The notes beneath the pieces are model-generated. The model saw only the letters and a list, made by a program, of their open reading frames with translations, was not told where the DNA came from and did no database searches. Made by a program: the position numbers and the translations under genes. Positions 17,635-25,273 of a stretch of 32,000 nucleotides of DNA are shown piece after piece. Numbering within the stretch: the first letter of the stretch is position 1; the number at the start of each line of letters is the position of its first letter. Source of the DNA: Candidatus Lokiarchaeum ossiferum (GTDB lineage: Archaea; Asgardarchaeota; Lokiarchaeia; Sigyniarchaeales; Promethearchaeaceae); assembly GCA_025839675.1 (NCBI GenBank), contig CP104013.1, forward strand, positions 180,001-212,000, written 5' to 3'.

Positions 17635-18606
17635 ATGAGATTACTTAAAGATAGAATACTAAAAGAAGTTACAGCTTCGGAAATAACTTCAATTACCTTT
17701 GAACCACGTAAGAAATTCATTGCTATTGGAGCCTTTCAAGAACCAGTTCTGGTATATCGCTATCCATACATGAAATTGTTTAAAAAAATTATCCATCGAG
17801 AAAAAATTCCGATTACTGATGAAGAAATATCTTTAAACCCTGATTTAAAAGTTATAGTTGATCCTAGTGGAGACAAATTCAAAAAAGGTAATATACTATC
17901 TCCAGCAAATATCCTTTTTACAAAAAATGGCTCCAAACTCGTTATTGGATATGAAAATGGAGATATTCTTGTTTATAATACCCAATTGTGGAAGAAAGAA
18001 TCAGAATTAATCTTGAATGACAAAATTTCTTCAATGAATTTTATTAAAGACAACACCTTGCTTTTTGTACTTTTAGCAAACTGGACTTTTCATTTAATCA
18101 ATACGAAAACATGGAAGATTAATAAAACTTTTCAACTTAAAACTGCAAACGATGGAAGAGCCGTATTAACAAACGATCTCAAGAAGATTTATGCAATTAC
18201 AGATAAAAAAAGAATTAGCGTTATCGATGTGAGCACGTTGGAAGAAATTCATTCATTCAAAGCCCATAATTCTGGAATAAACATGATAAAATTATCCCCC
18301 AATGAAGATATATTATGTTCTTGCGGGAATGATTGTAAACTAAGTTTATTTGATCTCCAAACTAATGAATTATTAAGTTATTTGTTAGGGCATTCAGATG
18401 AAGTGCATTCTTTTGCTTTTTCTCAAAAAGGGGATTTTATTGTATCTGGTTCTGAAGATAATACATTGCGCTTGTGGGATTCGAAAACATACAAATGTGT
18501 AAAGATTATGCATGAAATTCCAAATTCGTTTGTTATGGAACGATATGGGGAATTATTAGTTATGGGTAATGTTGAAGGTGATATCTGTACCTTCAAGTTT
18601 TACTAG
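17635..18606 (+). CDS. WD40 repeat beta-propeller protein
   Basis: Canonical repeat LLGHSDEVHSFAFSQKGDFIVSGSEDNTLRLWD, plus weaker repeats (FKAHNSGINMIKLSPNEDILCSCGNDCKLSLFD and NGDILVYN). Confidence 0.8.
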   Translation: MRLLKDRILKEVTASEITSITFEPRKKFIAIGAFQEPVLVYRYPYMKLFKKIIHREKIPITDEEISLNPDLKVIVDPSGDKFKKGNILSPANILFTKNGSKLVIGYENGDILVYNTQLWKKESELILNDKISSMNFIKDNTLLFVLLANWTFHLINTKTWKINKTFQLKTANDGRAVLTNDLKKIYAITDKKRISVIDVSTLEEIHSFKAHNSGINMIKLSPNEDILCSCGNDCKLSLFDLQTNELLSYLLGHSDEVHSFAFSQKGDFIVSGSEDNTLRLWDSKTYKCVKIMHEIPNSFVMERYGELLVMGNVEGDICTFKFY

Positions 18607-18709
18607 TTTTTTTTTTATATGCCAAAATCGCTCTTTCCCCAAAATATTATATTTTGTTTTTAACTTTTTATTACCTATTTAAGATATTCACAATTAAATC
18701 CTGATTTGT

Positions 18710-20842
18710 ATGGCTTCCGAAGAAAATAGAAAATCAAAATACTTTTTAAAACAAGAAGCTAAACGTTTAAAAGACGAAGAAAGGCGTCGGAAGAGCTTGG
18801 AAAAAAGCGAAGCTCGATTACGGAAAGAAATGGCCCGAGATGATAAAAGAAATAAAAAAAATCGGCAAAAAATTCTGTCTTCCGAACCTTCAAGAAATAA
18901 ACCAATCGATACGAAAGTAAATAAAAAAAAAAAGGAAAAGACTAATAAATCTTCATCAGGATTCCAAAATTCTCAAAAAAGAAAATCTAAGAAAGAACAA
19001 CCTAAGAAAGAACAACCTAAGAAAGAAAAACCTAAGAAAGATAAACCTAAGAAAGATAAACCTAAGAAAGAAAAACCTAAGAAGGAAAAACCTAAGAAAG
19101 AACAACCTAAGAAAGAAAAACCTAAGAAAGAAAAAGCTAAGAAAGAAATATCTAAGAAGGAAAAACCTAAGAAAGAAAAACCTAAGAAGGAAAAACCTAA
19201 GAAGGAAAAACCTAAGAAGGAAAAACCTAAGAAGGAAAAACCTAAGAAGGAAAAAGCTCCGAAATCAGTTAAAGTGAATAAACCAAGAAAGAAAAAACAT
19301 GCTGCCAAAGACCAGATTCTTAAAGAGATTACTTATGAAAAAACAGTCCAAACAGAAATATTAAGCCATAGATCGAATAAAAAAAGAAAATCTCTCCCTT
19401 CTCCATTATCAAATCCACAATATCAACCAAAACCTCAAAAAATCCAGAGTTCAAGGAAGCCTGAACCCAAAATTTCCGGATTTACATTTGCAACGGAATT
19501 AAAAAATGATAAAATAAATTTTACTGATACTATTAAAGCTAAGTTCATCATAGCTAACAACGGTTATCTTCAAGATACGGATCGTATCTTATATAAAATA
19601 TACATGGTAAATTCTTCTGAAGAAGTTTTTCTTCTCAAAATTGGTTTAAAATCCTTTAAACGTAATTTAAAGCTATCAATTTCCACTAAATTTTCTAAAA
19701 TTATTCCTCCAACTCCCTTCTTTAATTTTAGGATTGAATTATTTTCACATCGGAAATTAATTGCTAGCTACGATGGGGAAGAAATAAAAGTCGATGATAT
19801 CAAAGCTGAAAAAAATATTAAAATTCAATCCATTGATATTGTTTCAAACGTCATTATTCCCAAAAATCCTCTGATCTTCTGGCTTAAATACACATATAAA
19901 CCTATTCCTCGGGCTAGAACGGTAGAAATGCAAGTTTCTTTATCATCTCAAAATTTGAATTTAGAAGAAAATACCTATGAATTGGAACTTGGAGATTCTT
20001 CCCATAAGGGTAATGATTCACAAATAATTCCATTTTCGTTTAATATTCCTGAATTTACAGATGAGAAAGAAAAATTGAAATTTAATGTTTCTATCATGGA
20101 TGTAGAATCACAGAAGACTCTTTTTTCAAAAAATTTGTTGATCAATGGAAAATCTTCACTAATGGGGTTACGGTATGAACACATTGGATACAAACGTGAT
20201 ATAAAAATTGGAGAGACTGCTTATATGGTGGCCGATTTAATCAACAAAACACCTTATAAAGTAAAAGGAAAAGCAACATTTACTTTTTTCACAGTTTTAT
20301 CGGAAAGTGTCAAATGTTTCTCTCGAAAATTCCGAATCCGTCCGAATAATTATGATAAAATCTCAGAGGATATAACTCTTACTGAAGATCTCGGAGGAAA
20401 AAAGATGTGGGTGATTGTTCGCTCCAAATTTAAGACAAAAAGAGGAAAAATTTTACTTGAGGGCATGTCCAAACAAATAAATCCAAGAATTAATAATTCA
20501 CCTCATTTTATTGCAAAAATTCGGGCAGCAATCCATGCTGATGGTGTATACTTTAATGATATAATTACAATTGGGATTGACACTCGGATTCGTACACGGG
20601 ATAAATTAAAGCATGCAATTTGTGAAGTGGTTCAAAATTTTGAAAATATAGATATAAAACCGATTCACACCTTCAAAATAAAAGATTTGGAATCATTTCA
20701 TAGTAATTTTCATTGGAAGGTACCACCAAAATATGGTCAATGTACCCTTGATGTGCGATTTTATGTAAACGGATTACGAGTGCTTGATGAAAATATTGAG
20801 AAGAGCCCTCTTACTTTTGATTTATACCCAAAACCAAAATAA
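18710..20842 (+). CDS. large basic protein: about 210-aa Lys-rich N-terminal region with KPKKE pentapeptide repeats, plus about 480-aa beta-rich C-terminal region
   Basis: Long uninterrupted ORF with no signal peptide or TM segment. The N-terminus is rich in charged residues (EERRRKSLEKSEARLRKEMARDDKRNKKNRQK) and is followed by the repeat block. The C-terminal part looks like three or four beta-sandwich modules of about 110 aa, judged only from alternating hydrophobic patterns. Confidence 0.6.
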   Translation: MASEENRKSKYFLKQEAKRLKDEERRRKSLEKSEARLRKEMARDDKRNKKNRQKILSSEPSRNKPIDTKVNKKKKEKTNKSSSGFQNSQKRKSKKEQPKKEQPKKEKPKKDKPKKDKPKKEKPKKEKPKKEQPKKEKPKKEKAKKEISKKEKPKKEKPKKEKPKKEKPKKEKPKKEKPKKEKAPKSVKVNKPRKKKHAAKDQILKEITYEKTVQTEILSHRSNKKRKSLPSPLSNPQYQPKPQKIQSSRKPEPKISGFTFATELKNDKINFTDTIKAKFIIANNGYLQDTDRILYKIYMVNSSEEVFLLKIGLKSFKRNLKLSISTKFSKIIPPTPFFNFRIELFSHRKLIASYDGEEIKVDDIKAEKNIKIQSIDIVSNVIIPKNPLIFWLKYTYKPIPRARTVEMQVSLSSQNLNLEENTYELELGDSSHKGNDSQIIPFSFNIPEFTDEKEKLKFNVSIMDVESQKTLFSKNLLINGKSSLMGLRYEHIGYKRDIKIGETAYMVADLINKTPYKVKGKATFTFFTVLSESVKCFSRKFRIRPNNYDKISEDITLTEDLGGKKMWVIVRSKFKTKRGKILLEGMSKQINPRINNSPHFIAKIRAAIHADGVYFNDIITIGIDTRIRTRDKLKHAICEVVQNFENIDIKPIHTFKIKDLESFHSNFHWKVPPKYGQCTLDVRFYVNGLRVLDENIEKSPLTFDLYPKPK
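18983..19267 (+). repeat. 18 in-frame copies (plus one degenerate) of a 15-bp unit AAACCTAAGAA(A/G)GAA encoding K-P-K-K-E
   Basis: Direct reading shows units differing only at 1-2 positions (CAA/AAA, GAA/GAT, AAA/AAG, CCT/GCT/TCT). The last six units are nearly identical. Confidence 0.95.
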
Positions 20843-20876
20843 AAAAGTGTAAATTGCACCGTTTTTTAATTCATTT

Positions 20877-21227
20877 ATGCATGCCTTAGGGTTTCATTAT
20901 TTAATTGAACTTTATGAGTGTGATCATAATCTTTTGAAAAACTCCAATTTTCTTGAAAATCTTCTTCGGGAGTCCGTAAAAGAAAGTGGTGCTACCGAAA
21001 TCGGACATGTATTTCATGAATTCTCACCACATGGTGTAAGTGGAGTGGTTTTGATTTCTGAATCTCATTTTTCGATTCATACATGGCCTGAACATAATTA
21101 TGCGGCGGTTGATCTTTTTACTTGTAATCCAGATCTTAAAATTCAGCATGTCTATCAGAAATTGAAAAAAGAGTTAGAATCACCTAAATCATCTATTTTA
21201 GAAATCAAACGTGGAATCGAAATTTAA
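20877..21227 (+). CDS. speH: S-adenosylmethionine decarboxylase proenzyme (pyruvoyl-dependent, SpeH/SpeD class 1)
   Basis: HYLIELYECD, GVSGVVLISESHFSIHTWPE (self-cleavage E/S site) and AAVDLFTC. Confidence 0.9.
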   Translation: MHALGFHYLIELYECDHNLLKNSNFLENLLRESVKESGATEIGHVFHEFSPHGVSGVVLISESHFSIHTWPEHNYAAVDLFTCNPDLKIQHVYQKLKKELESPKSSILEIKRGIEI

Positions 21228-21454
21228 ATTTCTACTTCAATTTTCTCCAATACTTCCTATTTGATCAACAATTTTAACAATAGTTACAATAAATGCAATT
21301 CTATTTGAACTTAATATTATTTAAGAAAATTTAGTTAAGATGACTTTTGTGTTATATTTTTTCTACAAACATTTAAATATCTACGTTCGCTTATTAATAT
21401 TAGAATCGAACGTATTGAAAAAATTATTATTTTCAATACTTATGGTGAAAAAAA

Positions 21455-21532
21455 ATGAAAAAAAAAAACATAAAAAATAACAATTATCGCTTAGCCTACA
21501 ATTACACAACTGATTTACGTACCATTGCATAA
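21455..21532 (+). CDS. mini-ORF copy 1: MKKKNIKNNNYRLAYNYTTDLRTIA
   Basis: Hand translation, TAA stop, then T8. The upstream region is not part of the repeat but is AT-rich (ATTATTATTTT about 30 nt upstream). Coding status is unproven. Confidence 0.35.
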   Translation: MKKKNIKNNNYRLAYNYTTDLRTIA

Positions 21533-21566
21533 TTTTTTTTAAAATCACATAAGGAGAAATCAAACA

Positions 21567-21644
21567 ATGAAAAAAAATAACATGAAAAATAACAATTATC
21601 GCTTAGCCTACAATTACACAATTGATTTACGCACCATTGCATAG
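21567..21644 (+). CDS. mini-ORF copy 2: MKKNNMKNNNYRLAYNYTIDLRTIA
   Basis: TTTTAAAA at 21537-21544 starts 30 nt upstream of the ATG. AAGGAG lies 11-16 nt upstream. TAG stop followed by T8. Confidence 0.35.
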   Translation: MKKNNMKNNNYRLAYNYTIDLRTIA

Positions 21645-21678
21645 TTTTTTTTAAAATCACATAGGGAGAAATCAAACA

Positions 21679-21756
21679 ATGAAAAAAAATAACATAAAAA
21701 ATAACAATTATCGCTTAGCCTACAGTTACATAACCGATTTACGCACCATTGCATAG
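21679..21756 (+). CDS. mini-ORF copy 3: MKKNNIKNNNYRLAYSYITDLRTIA
   Basis: Same architecture: TTTTAAAA at -30, GGGAG 10 nt before the ATG, then TAG followed by T8. Confidence 0.35.
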   Translation: MKKNNIKNNNYRLAYSYITDLRTIA

Positions 21757-21790
21757 TTTTTTTTAAAATCACATAGGGAGAAATCAAATA

Positions 21791-21868
21791 ATGAAAAAAA
21801 ATAACATAAAAAATAACAATTATCGCTTAGCCTACAGTTACACAACCGATTTACGCACCATTGCATAG
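21791..21868 (+). CDS. mini-ORF copy 4: MKKNNIKNNNYRLAYSYTTDLRTIA
   Basis: Same architecture as copy 3. Confidence 0.35.
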   Translation: MKKNNIKNNNYRLAYSYTTDLRTIA

Positions 21869-21902
21869 TTTTTTTTAAAATCACATAGGGAGAAATCAAA
21901 CA

Positions 21903-21980
21903 ATGAAAAAAAATAACATAAAAAATAACAATTATCGCTTAGCCTACAGTTACACAACCGATTTACGCACCATTGCATAG
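21903..21980 (+). CDS. mini-ORF copy 5: MKKNNIKNNNYRLAYSYTTDLRTIA
   Basis: Same architecture, identical to copy 4. Confidence 0.35.
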   Translation: MKKNNIKNNNYRLAYSYTTDLRTIA

Positions 21981-22014
21981 TTTTTTTTAAAATCACATAG
22001 GGAGAAATCAAACA

Positions 22015-22092
22015 ATGAAAAAAAATAACATAAAAAATAACAATTATCGCTTAGCCTACAGTTACACAACCGATTTACGCACCATTGCCTAG
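22015..22092 (+). CDS. mini-ORF copy 6: MKKNNIKNNNYRLAYSYTTDLRTIA
   Basis: Same architecture. It carries a synonymous GCC in the last codon, and the TAG stop is followed by T7 and A6. Confidence 0.35.
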   Translation: MKKNNIKNNNYRLAYSYTTDLRTIA

Positions 22093-22238
22093 TTTTTTTA
22101 AAAAACTGCACATAAACATATCTGGTATACAAATTTAGATATTATACACTACTCATAGTTTAAATTTTCATTTATTCTTACTATTCTTATTCTTTAAATA
22201 AATTAAAAAATCAAACAACTATTCCATCTTTTATATTT

Positions 22239-22982
22239 ATGTTCTATTTATTGAATATGATAAGGGACACTCAATATTTTCAGACTTGGAATTCTCCAAA
22301 TTATGGATATGCTAAACGTTCTTTTGATCTTCCAATTCTCCATGTAATTGGTCTTGTTGGTTCAGGAAAAACCTTTTTTATAAAGAAATTCTTTTCCAAT
22401 GTCCCAACCTTTGATATCAAAAAAATTTATGAAGATTTTGGATTTTCACCCGAAGATTTACATAAACAACCAGAAAAATATTCCCAGTTTCAAAGCGCAT
22501 TACAAATAAATTTTGAGAAATTTCTTGCTTTTGTTAAAATGGAAAAATTTCCGATTGTTTTAGTAGAATCATCAGGCATAAATCAAGCTTTGAATCAGAT
22601 ACTAAATCAATACAATAATTATAGAATATGGATAAAAGCTGATATTTCTAGAATAACTTCTCTTAACATCTATACAAATAGACCTTATGCAAAAAAATTG
22701 AATGAACATATGCTAGGTTTAAGAAAAAATCGGAAAATAATTTTCAATAATGAGTTTGATCTCAAATCACTGGAGTTTTCAAATTCATTACCTCCGATTC
22801 TTAAGTCAGATTTAAATCCATTTAAAGCTAAAAGGCCAAATCCAGAAAGGGACAATAAAATGCAAGATTTTCGTAAAAATGATCGCTATCATTGTCCAAA
22901 TTGCGGAGCTAATTTTGGTAGAAGCAAATTATTAGAATTACATTTTTCAAGATCAAAAACGTGTCAAAAAATTTTGGGTTAA
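22239..22982 (+). CDS. P-loop NTPase/kinase-like protein with a C-terminal classical-type (C2H-C) zinc finger
   Basis: Walker A is GLVGSGKT and Walker B-like is PIVLVESSG. The C-terminal YHCPNCGANFGRSKLLELH (22887..22964) fits (F/Y)-x-C-x2-C-x3-F-x5-L-x2-H, with the fourth ligand probably the Cys seven residues on. Confidence 0.5.
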   Translation: MFYLLNMIRDTQYFQTWNSPNYGYAKRSFDLPILHVIGLVGSGKTFFIKKFFSNVPTFDIKKIYEDFGFSPEDLHKQPEKYSQFQSALQINFEKFLAFVKMEKFPIVLVESSGINQALNQILNQYNNYRIWIKADISRITSLNIYTNRPYAKKLNEHMLGLRKNRKIIFNNEFDLKSLEFSNSLPPILKSDLNPFKAKRPNPERDNKMQDFRKNDRYHCPNCGANFGRSKLLELHFSRSKTCQKILG

Positions 22983-23107
22983 CCTCTCTATTTTTTTTTA
23001 AAGAAAATGACATATTCCGTAAATTCTTTCATAGATGCTTTTTTATTTTGATTTGGAGAGTTTTTTTGAAAAAACTACTGCAATAAGGGCTTCTTGGGAG
23101 TATTTTT

Positions 23108-23626
23108 ATGAAACGGATAATGATCATCGGTTGTGCAGGATCAGGAAAATCAACTCTGGCTTCTAATTTGGGAACAACATTGAATTTACCGGTCTATCAC
23201 TTAGATAAAGTATTTTGGAAACCAAATTGGGTAAAGATATCACCTGAAGATTGGCAGCAATATATATCAACTATTATCCAAAAAGAATCTTGGATAATCG
23301 ATGGAAATTATTCAAGCACAATGGAAATTCGAATGCGTCGTGCAAATATTATAATTTATTTAGATTTTCCTCGTTTTTTTTGTCTCTGGCGTGTAATTAA
23401 GCGACGATTTCAGTACAATAACAAGTCTCGACCGGATATAAATGACCAATGTAATGAAAAACTTGACTTGGAATTTCTTAAATGGGTATGGAATTATCCC
23501 AAACGCTCTAAACCAAAAACGATGCAATTATTGGAGCAGTGTACAAAAAATCACATTATTTTTCATATTACCAAGAAAAAGCAATTACTAAACATTCAAG
23601 AAAAAATTTTGAATCTCTTTTTTTGA
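23108..23626 (+). CDS. adenylate-kinase-fold P-loop protein of the topology-modulation (FlaR-like) family
   Basis: RIMIIGCAGSGKSTLA, PVYHLDKVFWKPNW, WIIDGNY and IIYLDFPRFFCLWRVIKRR match the family pattern as I recall it. Confidence 0.75.
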   Translation: MKRIMIIGCAGSGKSTLASNLGTTLNLPVYHLDKVFWKPNWVKISPEDWQQYISTIIQKESWIIDGNYSSTMEIRMRRANIIIYLDFPRFFCLWRVIKRRFQYNNKSRPDINDQCNEKLDLEFLKWVWNYPKRSKPKTMQLLEQCTKNHIIFHITKKKQLLNIQEKILNLFF

Positions 23627-23774
23627 GACAGAGATCATTAAATTTGTAAAGATTATCACTTCAATCTGTTTAAAAGATTATAGAATCATGATATTTCATG
23701 TTCTAACTTCTTTGAATATTGTAAACTCTAAGGAAAAAATCTAAAAAATTATTCAATTAAATACGATCAAAAGA

Positions 23775-23969
23775 TTATGCGTCTTCAATTGTAATTGCTT
23801 CTTCAGGACATCCAGACACACATGCTTGACATCCAACACAATCATCTTCACGAGCAACAACAGTTTTACCGTCTACCGGTGCATCATAACATTCTGAAGG
23901 GCATACATCAACACATTCGCCACAACCGGTACATTTGCCAAAATCGATTATTATTTTAAAATCTCCCAT
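23775..23969 (-). CDS. 2x[4Fe-4S] ferredoxin
   Basis: CTGCGECVDVCP and CVGCQACVSGCP in a 64-aa acidic protein. GAGGT lies 9 nt upstream of the ATG. Confidence 0.9.
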   Translation of the reverse strand: MGDFKIIIDFGKCTGCGECVDVCPSECYDAPVDGKTVVAREDDCVGCQACVSGCPEEAITIEDA

Positions 23970-24186
23970 GGTTTTTCTACCTCGGAATTAATTGGTTCTT
24001 TAAACACCAAACCAATATGACTTTATTAGGTGCGATTTCATTAAAAACTTTATCTGGCAAATTTTGAATATTCTTTCCGCGGAAGTTAGCATTCTATTCG
24101 CAAAGCTAATTTTAAAATTAAACACAAAAAATGAAGAAAAATAGTTAGGAAAAAAATTCAGTAAATACCGTCGTATTTCTGGAGAA

Positions 24187-24432
24187 TTATAATAATGCCT
24201 TCTTAGGAGGACATCCATGCATATCTCGAATTTTACATTTTTCTTTAGTAGAACTGCCTTCACACATTGCACAGTCTACATCTCGAAGCATTTGAACAAT
24301 GGCATCTTCTTGGCGAGGTACTACATCTTTTTCATCAGCAAGCATTTCATCATCTAATTCATCAAGGTCTTCTTCGATAAATTCGGGACCATCTTCTTCT
24401 TCTTCTTCGATCTCAATTTTTTTCTTGGCCAT
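24187..24432 (-). CDS. small highly acidic protein with a C-terminal Cys4 cluster (hypothetical)
   Basis: I prefer the internal start MAKKKIEIEEEEEDGPEF... (81 aa) over the track start at 24522. The C-terminal pattern is C-x2-C-x9-C-x7-C (CAMCEGSSTKEKCKIRDMHGC). It lies on the same strand as the ferredoxin, just upstream of it. Confidence 0.4.
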   Translation of the reverse strand: MAKKKIEIEEEEEDGPEFIEEDLDELDDEMLADEKDVVPRQEDAIVQMLRDVDCAMCEGSSTKEKCKIRDMHGCPPKKALL

Positions 24433-24731
24433 ATTAATTGAAAATTTCCAAAAAAAAAAAAGTTTTCGATATTCTGATTTTGGAGTTACTTTATGGTAAA
24501 TCTTTTTCTGAAATCTCACCAAAAAAATTTTAATGAGATTAGAAAAAATCCGTCATATAGGTAGAAAATTAAAAAATTTCCAATCCTTTACTGGGACATT
24601 ATAGAATCCTTCCATATTCCATTTTTCTTATATATATTAGATTTAACATAAATCAATTTGTATCGATTAGAAAAAGAAGCCATCTGGTATTAACAATTTA
24701 ATGTTATCAAACTATCTTTTTAGTATTACAG

Positions 24732-25196
24732 ATGAAACATTTCTTAATCCAAATTTCAGTTGACAATTCTCCAGTTTTAAATTATTTCTCGAAATTTTTA
24801 ACATATCAAACTTTTTCGGGAAAAAAAAAATCAAATAATCAAGTTCATTATGAAATTTTGGAAAATGGTTTAGTTTTGGTATATTCAGATTATACAACCT
24901 TTCTTGATTTTAATGATCAACCACCAATTAGAGATATATCCATGAAAACTAAAATTTTGTCTACTTTAGGGGGACTATCTAAAATAATCGTTCCTGCAAA
25001 AGGTATTAATTTAACAATGGAACCTTTCCACTGTGAATTTGATAATTTCTTTCAAGAAATTAAGAAATATTTTACATTATTGCATGAGAATTTTCAATTG
25101 TCTCAAGATGGAAAGAAAGTGCATATAAAATTAACTCAGATTGAGGCAGTGACCGCATTTCTCAACGATTTTTTCAAGAGATATGGGATGTTTTAA
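24732..25196 (+). CDS. hypothetical protein
   Basis: 154-aa ATG ORF with no recognisable motif. Confidence 0.3.
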   Translation: MKHFLIQISVDNSPVLNYFSKFLTYQTFSGKKKSNNQVHYEILENGLVLVYSDYTTFLDFNDQPPIRDISMKTKILSTLGGLSKIIVPAKGINLTMEPFHCEFDNFFQEIKKYFTLLHENFQLSQDGKKVHIKLTQIEAVTAFLNDFFKRYGMF

Positions 25197-25273
25197 GCTT
25201 AATTACATTTTATTAGAAATCATTAAGATAAAAAGAGAATAGGAAAAAAGCTTAAATAAAAAAAATATTGAAT

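Larger units (their letters stand above)
21455..22113 (+). repeat. tandem array of six 112-bp units (5.9 copies), each holding a 25-codon ORF, a T8 tract and TTTTAAAA
   Basis: ATGs fall at 21455, 21567, 21679, 21791, 21903 and 22015, exactly 112 nt apart. Units 4 and 5 are identical, and units 1 and 2 are the most diverged. There are no unique spacers. Confidence 0.95.

Noticed and set aside
18973-19308. 111-aa minus-strand ORF made of FLGFS repeats
   Set aside because: It is the antisense shadow of the KPKKE repeat inside the long, well-supported plus-strand ORF 18710..20842.
21382-21414. 8-bp inverted repeat TACGTTCG-(17 nt)-CGAACGTA upstream of the array
   Set aside because: It is a single short stem in 32 kb of sequence with no second copy seen and no flanking T-run. 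It could be an operator or hairpin, but chance is not excluded.
21381-22132. The 112-bp periodic array considered as a CRISPR array
   Set aside because: The whole 112-bp unit repeats. There are no unique spacers between conserved repeats, no palindromic repeat of 25-40 bp, and no cas genes in the window.
21381-22132. Minus-strand Cys-rich ORFs through the array (track ORFs 21381..21563 and 21950..22132; per-unit frame MQWCVNRLCNCRLSDNCYFLC...)
   Set aside because: The period of 112 is not a multiple of 3, so these frames run into the next unit in a shifted frame. They contain T6 and T8 runs on their own strand, which are archaeal termination signals. Their ATG sits only a few nt from the A/T tract, leaving no room for a promoter at -26. 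I keep this as a formal alternative to be settled by strand-specific transcript data.
24000-24522. ORFs 24000..24272(-) and 24299..24499(+), and the N-terminal extension 24433..24522 of the acidic protein ORF
   Set aside because: The plus-strand Ser-rich ORF is the antisense shadow of the Glu/Asp-rich gene. The 24000..24272 frame spans intergenic AT-rich DNA. The extension (MVRFQKKIYH...) looks non-coding, and an internal MAKKK start is more plausible.
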